DNA from: a virus
Lineage: Duplodnaviria; Caudoviricetes
Virus record (IMG/VR): IMGVR_UViG_3300024259_001623
DNA: 64,000 bases
Strand: one strand, 5' to 3'
Position 1 is the stretch's first letter. Every line of letters starts with the position of its first letter. A model generated the notes under the pieces. The model worked only from the letters and a program-made list of their open reading frames with translations. It was not told the origin of the DNA and ran no database searches. Made by a program: the position numbers and the translations under genes. This document shows positions 36,603 through 46,069 of this stretch, one piece after another.

Positions 36603-39464
36603 TTATTCATTATAATGAAATAAAGATGTAGGTAATAATTCAATATACCATAAATCATAGTCATCATTAAAATAAAAAGTTTTTAAAATACCTTTTCTAT
36701 CAAAATAAGCATCAGGCTGTATAAGAGATGCTACTCCCTTACTCGCCTTGCCACTAGTAGTCGGAGGTATAACCATAAAACCCAATTGCCCCAAGCCAGC
36801 CAATCTAATATTTTTATTTTTTTCTCCATTCTTCATAATATTAAATACTCTAATCTCTGTGTCTACGTCATCATTCTCTATAGCAACTTCATATGTTTTC
36901 ATCCAATCAGCTTTCATTTTTTTGACGAATAAAGAACTATAGACCCCAAATAATACAGCTATATCATCAGTTTGATTATCATATATAACCTGTATTGAAG
37001 AATTTGCATCTCCATCAATGATTGGTGTGGTTATTAATGGAAAATCAGTAGAAGTATCAACCCAATATAATTTATCATATGAACTTTTCATACCACACAT
37101 CAAATCTCCTCTTTTAAGATAGAATAATCTCAAATTACCATGTCTATCTATTATAGCAGAAAAAGATATATCAGCATCACTAAACGGCTCATTTAACATT
37201 GTATCTTCATCATAACCTTTACGCATTCTTACACCATCCTCAAAAGAATAATCACCAGCTATTTTACCTCCATCAATTACTGTTATTGGACTATTTCTCA
37301 AAGCTTTACCTTTATTAGAAAAATCTCCAAGACCAGTATCTTCAGATGCATCTCCTCCAACCGGAACAAATTCAGTTATATGCTTATATGCATCATCTAT
37401 ATCAAACAATGTAGAATCTATAGTTTTCATGCATAATAATTCATCATTTATAACAAAAAATAAATACATAAGTCCTGTTACAATATTATCAACAACAACA
37501 TGAGGTCTTCGAGCGGTTTCTTCACCGCTTAATCTTAATAAATCATAAAAAGCGTACCAAGATGTTCCATCATTATAAGATAAAGCACAAGATATATTTC
37601 CATCAATATCTTCATAAAATGTAAATAGTCTGCCAGCAAGATCATATGCTACACTAGACCTATTCCCTGTCGTTTTATATTTTTTAAAAGTTTCGCAACT
37701 TATAGATGTCATTTCTGCCTTTACCTGATTTCCACCACCTTGAATTCCAAGACGACCAGCTTCAGAATAGCTAGTATCAACAAAAGTTTCATCTGTAGAC
37801 GTGCTATTCAGCACATTTGTATTTATTTCATCAATACAATTAATTCTACATTGAGAACCAATTGTCAACAGCCTAAGATTCCAATCACCTTTTTGAGGCC
37901 ATTTAAATTTTATACTTTTTACAAAAGGATAAGATGACAATTCTAATATTTTGGGATTGCCTGTAAGTGTAAAACTACTGACAGTATAAATATTAGGATT
38001 TTCTACTCCTGATTCTACTGCACCGCCCTCAGTAGCGATTGTTTTTCCAAATTTCCAAGCAACTTTTTCACTAATAATCTCATCAGCCCTTATAAAAGGT
38101 TTGCATTCTCCTACTGTATAAGAGATTGTACCTGTAAAACCATCATTATCGAAACACAACTCATGAACTTTTGCTCTATCAGAGAAAGGGGGAACAGGGT
38201 TTGCCAAGTTCACGATAGTGAAAAGAGCTTGAACTTCGGAATGACTTAATCCCCATTTAGACCATGAAGGATAAACTTCATCTTCTATTTTATGATAACT
38301 TATACTATTATATTGCCATTCAGGACAACTCAATGCGGCATAATTTCTATTTGGTCTTTCTATTACGGATATATTTCCTAGTATTCCCTCTTCCCCAGAC
38401 GAACTACTTGATGAACTAGAACTACTTGATGAACTAGAACTACTTGATGAACTAGAGCTAGAACTTATAGCAGGCGAACTCTCAGAACTAGAAGAACTGG
38501 AACTAGACGTTGAACTAGAACTTGAACTTGACGAACTAGACGAGCTTGAAGATTCTGAACTACTAGACGAACTAGACTGATCGCCAGACGAACTCTCACT
38601 CGAACTACTGGACGAGCTAGGACTACTTGAACTACTGGACGAGCTAGGACTTGAACTACTGGACGAGCTATGAGAACTGCTAGACGAACTTTCAGAACTG
38701 CTAGAACTTTCAGAACTTTCAGAACTGGACGAACTTGGACTACTGCTAGAAGAGCTTGGAGAACTACTAGATGAACTTGGACTGCTACTAGATGAACTTG
38801 GAGAGCTACTAGATGAACTAGGACTGCTACTAGATGAACTAGAGCTACTTACGGCCGGTGATGATGACGAACTTGACGAGCTACTAGAACTATTAATTTC
38901 ATCCAATTCCATCCTGTCAAGATTGAAATTATGTAAAGCAGACCCATTTGAAGTATGGACAATACGAACAATGGCATCTCCGCTATCGTAATAATTCGAA
39001 GATGTCATCTCAAAACTATAAGATTCTTTACTGCCAGTGCTTATAAAATCACGTATATCAGTCGTTAAATTGTCCCAATCACTTGCTATATAATCCCATG
39101 CTTGTATTTTAACAACATGCGCAGGATTTCCCTGATAATATCCATCAATTAAAATATTATTAGATTCGGTAGGAATGCCAGAAAAATTGAATCTATAATC
39201 GAATGCTGGCCCGAGGCCAGTAAACTCATCTAAAATCAAATAATTGTCATCATTGAATTTTACATCATATATGTCACCAGAATCAATTGATCCTTTGGTT
39301 ATTGTGAGAGAATGGGGATTACGCCATGTACTATTAGAGGAACTACTGCTAGACGAACTACTAGCATCGCCATCAAAATCTAATGGAGATATAGGAGCAT
39401 CTATACCCAGATTTGATGCGAATAAAGGGTTTCCAAGTAATCCATGAGTTAGTAGGCCCGCCAA
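36603..39464 (-). CDS. Virion-associated protein with a 165-aa poly-serine tract
   Basis: TTG start with GGGAG SD; jelly-roll-like domain, Ser tract at aa ~192-356, large C-terminal beta domain; between tape measure and hub genes. Confidence 0.8.
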   Translation of the reverse strand: MAGLLTHGLLGNPLFASNLGIDAPISPLDFDGDASSSSSSSSSNSTWRNPHSLTITKGSIDSGDIYDVKFNDDNYLILDEFTGLGPAFDYRFNFSGIPTESNNILIDGYYQGNPAHVVKIQAWDYIASDWDNLTTDIRDFISTGSKESYSFEMTSSNYYDSGDAIVRIVHTSNGSALHNFNLDRMELDEINSSSSSSSSSSSPAVSSSSSSSSSPSSSSSSPSSSSSSPSSSSSSPSSSSSSPSSSSSESSESSSSSESSSSSSHSSSSSSSPSSSSSSSSPSSSSSSSESSSGDQSSSSSSSESSSSSSSSSSSSSSTSSSSSSSSESSPAISSSSSSSSSSSSSSSSSSSSSSSGEEGILGNISVIERPNRNYAALSCPEWQYNSISYHKIEDEVYPSWSKWGLSHSEVQALFTIVNLANPVPPFSDRAKVHELCFDNDGFTGTISYTVGECKPFIRADEIISEKVAWKFGKTIATEGGAVESGVENPNIYTVSSFTLTGNPKILELSSYPFVKSIKFKWPQKGDWNLRLLTIGSQCRINCIDEINTNVLNSTSTDETFVDTSYSEAGRLGIQGGGNQVKAEMTSISCETFKKYKTTGNRSSVAYDLAGRLFTFYEDIDGNISCALSYNDGTSWYAFYDLLRLSGEETARRPHVVVDNIVTGLMYLFFVINDELLCMKTIDSTLFDIDDAYKHITEFVPVGGDASEDTGLGDFSNKGKALRNSPITVIDGGKIAGDYSFEDGVRMRKGYDEDTMLNEPFSDADISFSAIIDRHGNLRLFYLKRGDLMCGMKSSYDKLYWVDTSTDFPLITTPIIDGDANSSIQVIYDNQTDDIAVLFGVYSSLFVKKMKADWMKTYEVAIENDDVDTEIRVFNIMKNGEKNKNIRLAGLGQLGFMVIPPTTSGKASKGVASLIQPDAYFDRKGILKTFYFNDDYDLWYIELLPTSLFHYNE
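38397..38891 (-). repeat. Low-complexity Ser-codon repeat (165 codons), with 18-nt and 21-nt (S6P) periodicities
   Basis: GAACTACTTGATGAACTA x3 at ~38401-38454; SSSSSSP heptads ~38730-38850; mixed AGY/TCN codons. Confidence 0.95.
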
Positions 39465-39482
39465 TTAATTACTCCCGAAAAT

Positions 39483-40043
39483 TTAATCAGATTCGTTAAT
39501 AGGTACTCTGATAGTCGGATCTAATGCCGAATCAAGCTTGAACTCTGCAAGAACAGTTTCTCCATCATTTTGATATATCCTCAAAATAGTACCCACAACT
39601 TCTGACCTATTTACGGCTGCTGCACGGGCCAAAGAAAGTGCCGCTCCAATTGTTAATCCAGTCCCGACATCAGACTCATCATATTTTTGAGATAAATCTA
39701 TTCGAACAGGAGTTAAATCTATTTCTTGTCTGTAACAAGTTATATATTTATCCAAAGTTTCTTCAATTATAATTTGTACTTTATCTGATCCTTCTGCTAT
39801 AGCTTCGTCAGGAATATCTATTCTACATAATCCAGAACGTTCATGAACTACATAAATACCGTAAGGTTTATAAGAATCACATGACGACTGTAGTATAAAG
39901 GCTTTTTTTGTAACAGGAAGACATTTATCCCTTATATATGTTAAAAATACAAACTCTGATGGAAGTTTATAAATAGAGTTACCTTTTATATCTTTCAACT
40001 CAACATATATACTTTGACTTTTGGAACCAGCAGCTATTTTCAT
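39483..40043 (-). CDS. Putative virion structural protein
   Basis: 186 aa directly downstream of the tape measure gene; SQSIYVEL...GLCRIDIPDEAI pattern resembles phage structural proteins. Confidence 0.55.
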   Translation of the reverse strand: MKIAAGSKSQSIYVELKDIKGNSIYKLPSEFVFLTYIRDKCLPVTKKAFILQSSCDSYKPYGIYVVHERSGLCRIDIPDEAIAEGSDKVQIIIEETLDKYITCYRQEIDLTPVRIDLSQKYDESDVGTGLTIGAALSLARAAAVNRSEVVGTILRIYQNDGETVLAEFKLDSALDPTIRVPINESD

Positions 40044-40060
40044 TATTTTCTCCTCTCGTA

Positions 40061-43000
40061 TTACGATGTTTTTCCTAAATCTATTTCAGCCAAGAATTGA
40101 GCCATCTTATTACCTGTAGCATCTCCAACTGCTTTTGCTATAGCTTCTGCCGAACTCAGCCCTGTAAAATCTATCGACACATTCAATCTAGAAGATACAC
40201 CGCTCCCAGGCCCTGCACTTTCTACAGCACTCTGCAAATTATCTTCCATAGCAGTATTAGGAACTCCCCTACCAGAACCAGTCACTCCAGACGTGCCTCG
40301 ACCTCCTACTGCTCCTGGCCCTTTGCCTACTTTGCCTCGGCGTCCAGTTCCTACAGTAGGAGCAGTTGTCGCACTAGTCGCTCCAGGCTGATTAGCAAGA
40401 CCAGCAGGGAATCTTCCCCTTATGGCATCAGTTATTCTAGTAGTTGATTTTTCATAAGTTTTTATTATTCCTTCTCTTAGTTCTCTTAGCATCTTATTAT
40501 TTTCGTCCATTTTAATTCCGACATCAGGAGCATATCCCTGCCCCCTTGTCCTGCCACCGTCAATAGATAAACCTCCGCCCTGAGTCGCTCTAAATCTTTC
40601 GGCATTTGTGAAACCTATTGGTCCCTCGCCTCTTCTAGCAACCGCACCACTCAATGCCGATCTATATTGCTGCATATATTGTAAACTTTGACGCATATTT
40701 TGATCAGAAGATATTCTCAATTTTGCTATACGACCAGAACCTATTGTTTGAGCGTTAATAGCGCTTACCCAACCATCTCTCATAGATTTAGCAACAGACG
40801 CTTCTTGTTGTAACATCTGAACGCTCTTGTTCTGCAATGCTAATCTTCTCTTTCTTTGTGTAATATTTTCTTCTTCTAGATTGTATCTTGATAGATGATC
40901 CTTTAGCTCTCTTTGAACCAATTCTCTCTGTTGTCTTATCATTTCTAACTGTTTCTGTCTCATTGCAACGCTAGCTCCAAGACCAGTTACCATATTATCC
41001 ATCAAACTAACCATATTAGAAGCATGTTGAGCTTCAGCGGCCAATACTTGTTCTCTTTCTCTATATTTTAAACCAACAGATAAAATAACTTCTTGTCTAT
41101 CTTTTTCCAATTTAGCAAGTTCTGCTGTAACATTCTTTTCTTTAATCTTTAACTGCAAATAAAGTTCGCCAGTTTTCTCTTCTTCTTTTAAAGTAGATAA
41201 CGCTTCTCTAGTAGCCTCTAAATCTTCTTGAGCAGCAGTAGATTGATTTTGTATCAACTTTATTCTATTCTGATAGGCTTTCTCGAACTGTGCCTCCCCC
41301 TTACCTGTTAAAGCAAAATATTGAGCAGCGGAATCAAGATCAGTTCTTCCAGCAGCCGCTAAATTCTTCCTTACACTCAACAATCTTCCAGTCTGATCAG
41401 ACGTAAAAGTGATAAGTTTAGCTCCTTGCATCTGAGTCTGAGCAATTTTTGCTTGTATATTATTAACCTTAACCATAGCTTGCGCGTATTCGATTCCATC
41501 TTTAGGTAATTGTCTGGCAAGGGCTTCAGCTTCTTTCAATTCGTGCTTTTGGACCTTAATCAAATGAACCAAATGAGCTTCCGTTTTCGCTCTATCCCTC
41601 GTAACTGTTCCTGACATCAATAAATTAAGATCTCTTCTGGCTTCTAATTCCGATCTGACAGACTGTGCAGCCGCACTCGACGCAGCAGATATTTTCTCTG
41701 CAAATACTAATTTCATTTTGTCAATATCTAATGCTTGTTTTGCCTGGTTTGCTGATTCGGCCTGTAATGCAGATATTTGAGCGTTTACGTCCTGCAAGCT
41801 TTTATCCGACATCAATTGAGCCATTTTTGTATCTTTTTCCTCTTTTGATATTGTTCCATTTTCGACAGCCATATCAATTTGCTTCTTCATAGCAGAAACT
41901 AAATTCTTACGCAAAGCGACTTGAATTTTCAAACTAGCTTGAGTCATAGTCCTAGCCTTAGCTATTCTTGTTTGAGAAACTGCTTGAGCCTCATAAGCTT
42001 TTGCAACATTGCCAGTTATAGCAGCAGCTTCAAATTCTGCCTGAGCAGCAGATGCCGCAGCAGATGCAGATTTTACATAGGCTTCTTTTAATTCTTTTTG
42101 TTGTTTTGCTATAATAGCTATTTGGGCTTCAAATTCTTGAGCTTCTTTCAATTTATCATTAACACCAGCATAAGCCTTTTGTCTCTCATCTACTATGGCA
42201 TTAATACTTCTTCCTAAAGTATCAGCCTTTGCTTGAACCATGTTTATTTCTTCTTCTGTGGCTTTTTCTTCTTTCTTTTTAGCGACTAAATCTGTAAGGA
42301 CTTGATGTTGTTCTTTCATATTCGCTAAATTCTTTACCGACAATTTACCAGTCAAATCTTTTTCTACTCTTGCCCTTATATCTGTAGAACTTGCGGCTCC
42401 TCCTCTAGCGCTAATCAATGCAGCCGCCGATTTACCTCCGATGCCGGTAACAGCAGCAGAACGAATCTCATTTAATCTCTTTCTTTTAGACTTTTCTCCA
42501 GAAGCCTTCGCTTGAGCTTCTTCCATTTCTCCAGAAATCTTGGCTTTAACTTTTGCAATTCTTGCCGCTTCAGCTTTAGCCTCTCTATCTTGTCTTCTTT
42601 TGCCTAATTGCATAATTCCGCCGACGAGAGTTGTATTAAACGCAGCCTTTGCACCTTTAGCTATCCATCCTCCTAATTTTTTAGCACCGCCGATCACGGC
42701 CTTGCCTATTTTAGTACTGGCAAAAGCACCACCTATCTTTTTAGCTATGGTAAAAGGCAATTTCTGTATTTTTAACCATGTTTTCCCAAGCCACTTAACT
42801 GCTCCCCAAACTTTACCGACAAGACCTTTTATACCATCCCAAATTATACTTCCAAGCTCTTTAATGCCTGACCAGAATGTACCGCCAGCATCTTTTATAT
42901 CCTTCCAAGCCTTTTTAGTTGAAGTTAAGACTTTCTTCCCTATTTCGGATTTACCCAATATAGTTTCAACACTAGCAGAAATATTTTTAAATTCCATAGC

Positions 43001-44677
43001 GAAACCAACAAGACCACCAACAATTCCACCTATAGCGGTTCCTATAATAGGAACCGCAGAACCGACAGCCATCCCTGCTAATGCCATACCCCCAACTGAT
43101 GCAGCAGATTTACCTAACCCTGCTGCCGCTCCTTTTGTCTCAGCACTCTCAGCCGCTCTTATATCTCCACGCTCTCTTAATGTTGCTGCCTGGCTTTCAT
43201 AATTACTTTGCATACCTCCGAAAATCAATTCTCCACCAAGAGCAGCAATACCAGCGCCAGATGCTAATTTAGCAGCTTTACCTAAATTGGCTCCTGTCTT
43301 AGCTAACCCGCCAGCCCTACTTAATAATCCGCCAGCTTTAGATCCGCCTTTACCCAAAAGTTTTCCAATAAAACCACCAGCACGTTTGCCAAGCAATTTT
43401 TGTGCAATTTTACCGCCTTTACCTTTAGTTACTCGACCCAAAACCTTGCCAGCTATATCTCCAATAATACCACCAGCAGCACCTCCAGCCATAACAACAT
43501 GCAACGGTTTTGATTTCGTTCCATCTGGTCTACCGCCAGATAATACTCCAGATAAAAAGCCTTTTACGCCTCCCCCGCCTCTTGCCCCTGCAATTCCGCT
43601 TTTAACTCTGTGCATTAATCCACCAGCCATTGTTTTTGCACCACCAATAGCAGATGCCCCAGCACCAACAACCTTCATAGCCGCTCCAACCGCAACCAAA
43701 GGAGCAACCCATTTAGCAATAAAAGATGCTATCTTCTTGACAGTATCCATATTATTCTTCAAAAAATTAGATAGCTTTTCTACTAAAGGCATAACCTCTT
43801 TACCTATAGAGATAGCAATCTCTTGCCAGAACAACTTCATTTTACCCATAGTCTTAGTATATTCATCAGCTATATTTTTTCTATTTTGATCACCTTCAGT
43901 CGCCTGTTTATTTTGCGAAACATAATCCTGCAAAGACTTATACTGGCTCTCACTAATCTTTCCAGTTGCAACCATTATGCTCAGTTGGGCCTTTAAACGC
44001 TCCTTATCGGCCCCTGCGAGATCTTCTGCTGCTCTTTGCAGTTCAGGATACTGAGAAACTAAATTGCCTACATTAGCCACCATCTGCTGCATTGCTGCCA
44101 CATTAGAACCAGTTGTTGCCCTAATATTCTTTAATAAATTATTAGCACCTTTTAAAGTAGCTAATGGGAAACCTTTTTCATAAGTTTGAAATAACTTAGT
44201 TGTCTCCATACGAGTCAAATTCAACTGCTTCGACATGTGCTTCAGTTGACCTTCTACTTCCCTGATTCCAACTCCATATTTTGCAAATTGTGCTGATAAT
44301 TGTAATAATTCTTTATTATAATCAACAACTATTGTCATAGAACCTTTCAAGTCTAATGTGGCACCAGCCAAGCTGGCCACAGATCTAGCGACTCCCATAA
44401 TAGTTGTAGTAGCCTTATTGAACTGACTAAAAGATCTAGATACAGTTAATACTGCTCCTTCTACTCCCCCTAAAGCCTTTTTCATGTCTTTAAACTGATC
44501 TGTAGCAGATTTGGTCTTTATACTATTCAGAGAATTCGTGATCTTTTTAGTTGATTTCTCTGTTTTATCAAAAGTCCCCATCAACTTCTTCATTTGATTT
44601 TCTAATGAAGAAACATCAGATTCACCTACTACTTTCAGTACATGTTCATGAACAGTTTGATTTGTTTCTTTTGCCAT
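40061..44677 (-). CDS. Tape measure protein
   Basis: 1538 aa, Ala/Gly/Lys-rich helical; Gly-rich amphipathic middle (GTAIGGIVGGLVG), W/K periodic repeats, coiled-coil C-terminus; follows tail chaperones. Confidence 0.92.
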   Translation of the reverse strand: MAKETNQTVHEHVLKVVGESDVSSLENQMKKLMGTFDKTEKSTKKITNSLNSIKTKSATDQFKDMKKALGGVEGAVLTVSRSFSQFNKATTTIMGVARSVASLAGATLDLKGSMTIVVDYNKELLQLSAQFAKYGVGIREVEGQLKHMSKQLNLTRMETTKLFQTYEKGFPLATLKGANNLLKNIRATTGSNVAAMQQMVANVGNLVSQYPELQRAAEDLAGADKERLKAQLSIMVATGKISESQYKSLQDYVSQNKQATEGDQNRKNIADEYTKTMGKMKLFWQEIAISIGKEVMPLVEKLSNFLKNNMDTVKKIASFIAKWVAPLVAVGAAMKVVGAGASAIGGAKTMAGGLMHRVKSGIAGARGGGGVKGFLSGVLSGGRPDGTKSKPLHVVMAGGAAGGIIGDIAGKVLGRVTKGKGGKIAQKLLGKRAGGFIGKLLGKGGSKAGGLLSRAGGLAKTGANLGKAAKLASGAGIAALGGELIFGGMQSNYESQAATLRERGDIRAAESAETKGAAAGLGKSAASVGGMALAGMAVGSAVPIIGTAIGGIVGGLVGFAMEFKNISASVETILGKSEIGKKVLTSTKKAWKDIKDAGGTFWSGIKELGSIIWDGIKGLVGKVWGAVKWLGKTWLKIQKLPFTIAKKIGGAFASTKIGKAVIGGAKKLGGWIAKGAKAAFNTTLVGGIMQLGKRRQDREAKAEAARIAKVKAKISGEMEEAQAKASGEKSKRKRLNEIRSAAVTGIGGKSAAALISARGGAASSTDIRARVEKDLTGKLSVKNLANMKEQHQVLTDLVAKKKEEKATEEEINMVQAKADTLGRSINAIVDERQKAYAGVNDKLKEAQEFEAQIAIIAKQQKELKEAYVKSASAAASAAQAEFEAAAITGNVAKAYEAQAVSQTRIAKARTMTQASLKIQVALRKNLVSAMKKQIDMAVENGTISKEEKDTKMAQLMSDKSLQDVNAQISALQAESANQAKQALDIDKMKLVFAEKISAASSAAAQSVRSELEARRDLNLLMSGTVTRDRAKTEAHLVHLIKVQKHELKEAEALARQLPKDGIEYAQAMVKVNNIQAKIAQTQMQGAKLITFTSDQTGRLLSVRKNLAAAGRTDLDSAAQYFALTGKGEAQFEKAYQNRIKLIQNQSTAAQEDLEATREALSTLKEEEKTGELYLQLKIKEKNVTAELAKLEKDRQEVILSVGLKYREREQVLAAEAQHASNMVSLMDNMVTGLGASVAMRQKQLEMIRQQRELVQRELKDHLSRYNLEEENITQRKRRLALQNKSVQMLQQEASVAKSMRDGWVSAINAQTIGSGRIAKLRISSDQNMRQSLQYMQQYRSALSGAVARRGEGPIGFTNAERFRATQGGGLSIDGGRTRGQGYAPDVGIKMDENNKMLRELREGIIKTYEKSTTRITDAIRGRFPAGLANQPGATSATTAPTVGTGRRGKVGKGPGAVGGRGTSGVTGSGRGVPNTAMEDNLQSAVESAGPGSGVSSRLNVSIDFTGLSSAEAIAKAVGDATGNKMAQFLAEIDLGKTS

Positions 44678-44704
44678 ATTTTTTCCATATTTTTATAAAA
44701 ATAA

Positions 44705-44753
44705 AGAGGAACCGCTGTTATAAATCATTATATTTAATAACGTTGATTCCTCT
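44705..44753 (-). terminator. 49-nt imperfect hairpin followed by U-rich tract upstream of the tape measure gene (terminator/attenuator or processing site)
   Basis: Arms AGAGGAA/TTCCTCT and GTTAT-AAAT/ATTT-ATAAC; followed by TTTATTTTT on the minus strand. Confidence 0.4.
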
Positions 44754-44785
44754 AATATTCAATTATATTGAAATATATAAATATT

Positions 44786-45193
44786 TTAATCTTCTGCCGC
44801 TACGACCTCATCAAATCGATCCATAATTATAGCTGCAACGTCTGGATTTAATTTATCAATATTATTTCTATTTACCTTAACCGCTTCTCCATCTGCATCT
44901 GTCAAAGTCCATTCCTTAACTAAGGCACAAAATCTTTCATATCTTAGCAATGCAGGATCGATTTCTACATCATCTCCCTTAGTCTTCAATGTCATACTAA
45001 GAATTTCTACATTATCTCTATATGATGCCTGTCTAAACCTAACAGTATGTTCAACCGTATTTGTCACTCCCGCCCCTTTATCAAAAGAATTTGTATCTTT
45101 AGCAACAACTAAACCGCCTTTCTTGTCAGTTGCTGATGCGAATGTAACTTCCATAAGTTCTTTATTATTTATAAATAGTCCTGTGTTTTTCAT
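44786..45193 (-). CDS. Second tail-assembly-chaperone-like protein
   Basis: LVKEWTLTDADGEAVKVNRNNIDKLNPDV mirrors LVKWDLKDETGAEIPLTPQNVDRLPSDV of the 45399-45941 protein; ATGA overlap with upstream ORF. Confidence 0.65.
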   Translation of the reverse strand: MKNTGLFINNKELMEVTFASATDKKGGLVVAKDTNSFDKGAGVTNTVEHTVRFRQASYRDNVEILSMTLKTKGDDVEIDPALLRYERFCALVKEWTLTDADGEAVKVNRNNIDKLNPDVAAIIMDRFDEVVAAED

Positions 45194-45396
45194 AATCCTA
45201 CTTGCTCCTTAAAGCTGGGTTTTAATCTATCATGTATCAAAGCCAATGTGGTAAAAATCTCATAATCCTTTAACGACAAATTTCTTACGTATTCTAGAGT
45301 CCATCCAGTTTTTTCTACAACTATATATTCTTTTATTGATATCGGCAATGGCTGTCCAGCAGGAGATCTACCCCTAATATAATCAGCCATCGCCAT
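45190..45396 (-). CDS. Tail assembly chaperone -1 frameshift extension (gpT-like)
   Basis: In the -1 frame of the upstream chaperone; TGWTLEYVRNLSLKD resembles gpT-type segments. Confidence 0.8.
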   Translation of the reverse strand: MAMADYIRGRSPAGQPLPISIKEYIVVEKTGWTLEYVRNLSLKDYEIFTTLALIHDRLKPSFKEQVGL

Positions 45397-45408
45397 GCTT
45401 AGTTTTTT
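45344..45408 (-). promoter_or_regulatory. Programmed -1 ribosomal frameshift signal: A AAA AAC plus downstream stem-loop
   Basis: Heptamer at 45402-45408 immediately before TAA; 7-nt spacer; 11-bp stem GGCGAUGGCUG (45384-45394) / CAGCCAUUGCC (45344-45354). Confidence 0.88.
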
Positions 45409-45941
45409 GCTTCTTCCGCCGAGATAGATATCATATTTTCATACTTAGATAATAATGTCATTACAACATCGCTAGGTAATCTATCTACATTTTGAGGGGT
45501 TAAAGGAATTTCTGCCCCAGTTTCGTCTTTCAAATCCCATTTTACAAGACAAGTCTTTAGTCTTAAATCTCTGAACTTCCAGACATTCAAATCTTGCATC
45601 GCTTCATTTTGATTATAATATGAAGCTTTCTCGGTAATATCGTTTTGTTCTCTCCAAGAAATAGATTTCCATAATGTTCTTACACACTGTATGTTAGGAA
45701 ATGTCTTCTCTTCAATATCTGGCTGACTAACAACCTTTTCATCGCCATCAACTGGATCTATTTTTACCTCTGACTCTGCTTTCTTTCTTCTTTTCTCTTC
45801 ATATTTTTCTTTTTTATTCAGTTCTGTTTCTGCTTCTTCGTCATCCCAAACAACTATCTTTTTATAGCCATATTTTGTAACAACTTCTTCAAAATATAAC
45901 TTTACCTCTACTGTCCAGTCTTGTTCATTAAGAAGTCCCAT
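45399..45941 (-). CDS. Tail assembly chaperone (gpG-like)
   Basis: Between tail tube and tape measure genes; ends in a slippery heptamer. Confidence 0.85.
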   Translation of the reverse strand: MGLLNEQDWTVEVKLYFEEVVTKYGYKKIVVWDDEEAETELNKKEKYEEKRRKKAESEVKIDPVDGDEKVVSQPDIEEKTFPNIQCVRTLWKSISWREQNDITEKASYYNQNEAMQDLNVWKFRDLRLKTCLVKWDLKDETGAEIPLTPQNVDRLPSDVVMTLLSKYENMISISAEEAKN

Positions 45942-45983
45942 TGAATATCTCTCCTTTTGCGACTAACAAATCTCTCATTTAAT

Positions 45984-45990
45984 ATTATCG
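45984..45990 (-). promoter_or_regulatory. Candidate phage late-promoter motif CGATAAT
   Basis: Intergenic, just downstream of the tail-tube terminator, 42 nt upstream of ATG 45941. Confidence 0.45.
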
Positions 45991-46012
45991 TCAGATATTA
46001 TGGATATATAAT

Positions 46013-46046
46013 AAAAAAAGGAGAGAATTTTTATTTCTCTCCTTTT
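46013..46046 (-). terminator. Rho-independent terminator after the tail tube gene
   Basis: 12-bp stem AAAAGGAGAGAA/TTCTCTCCTTTT, 7-nt loop, T7 run on the minus strand, about 24 nt after the stop. Confidence 0.85.
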
Positions 46047-46069
46047 AAAACTTAATTTTATTTGTAATA

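Noticed and set aside
38397-38891. CRISPR array or non-coding satellite
   Set aside because: Repeats are codon-phased inside an open frame, with no unique spacers and no cas genes.
42540-43889. Long plus-strand ORFs (220 aa and 200 aa)
   Set aside because: Antisense shadows of the Gly/Ala-rich tape measure region; Pro/Ala-rich translation with no SD or motifs.
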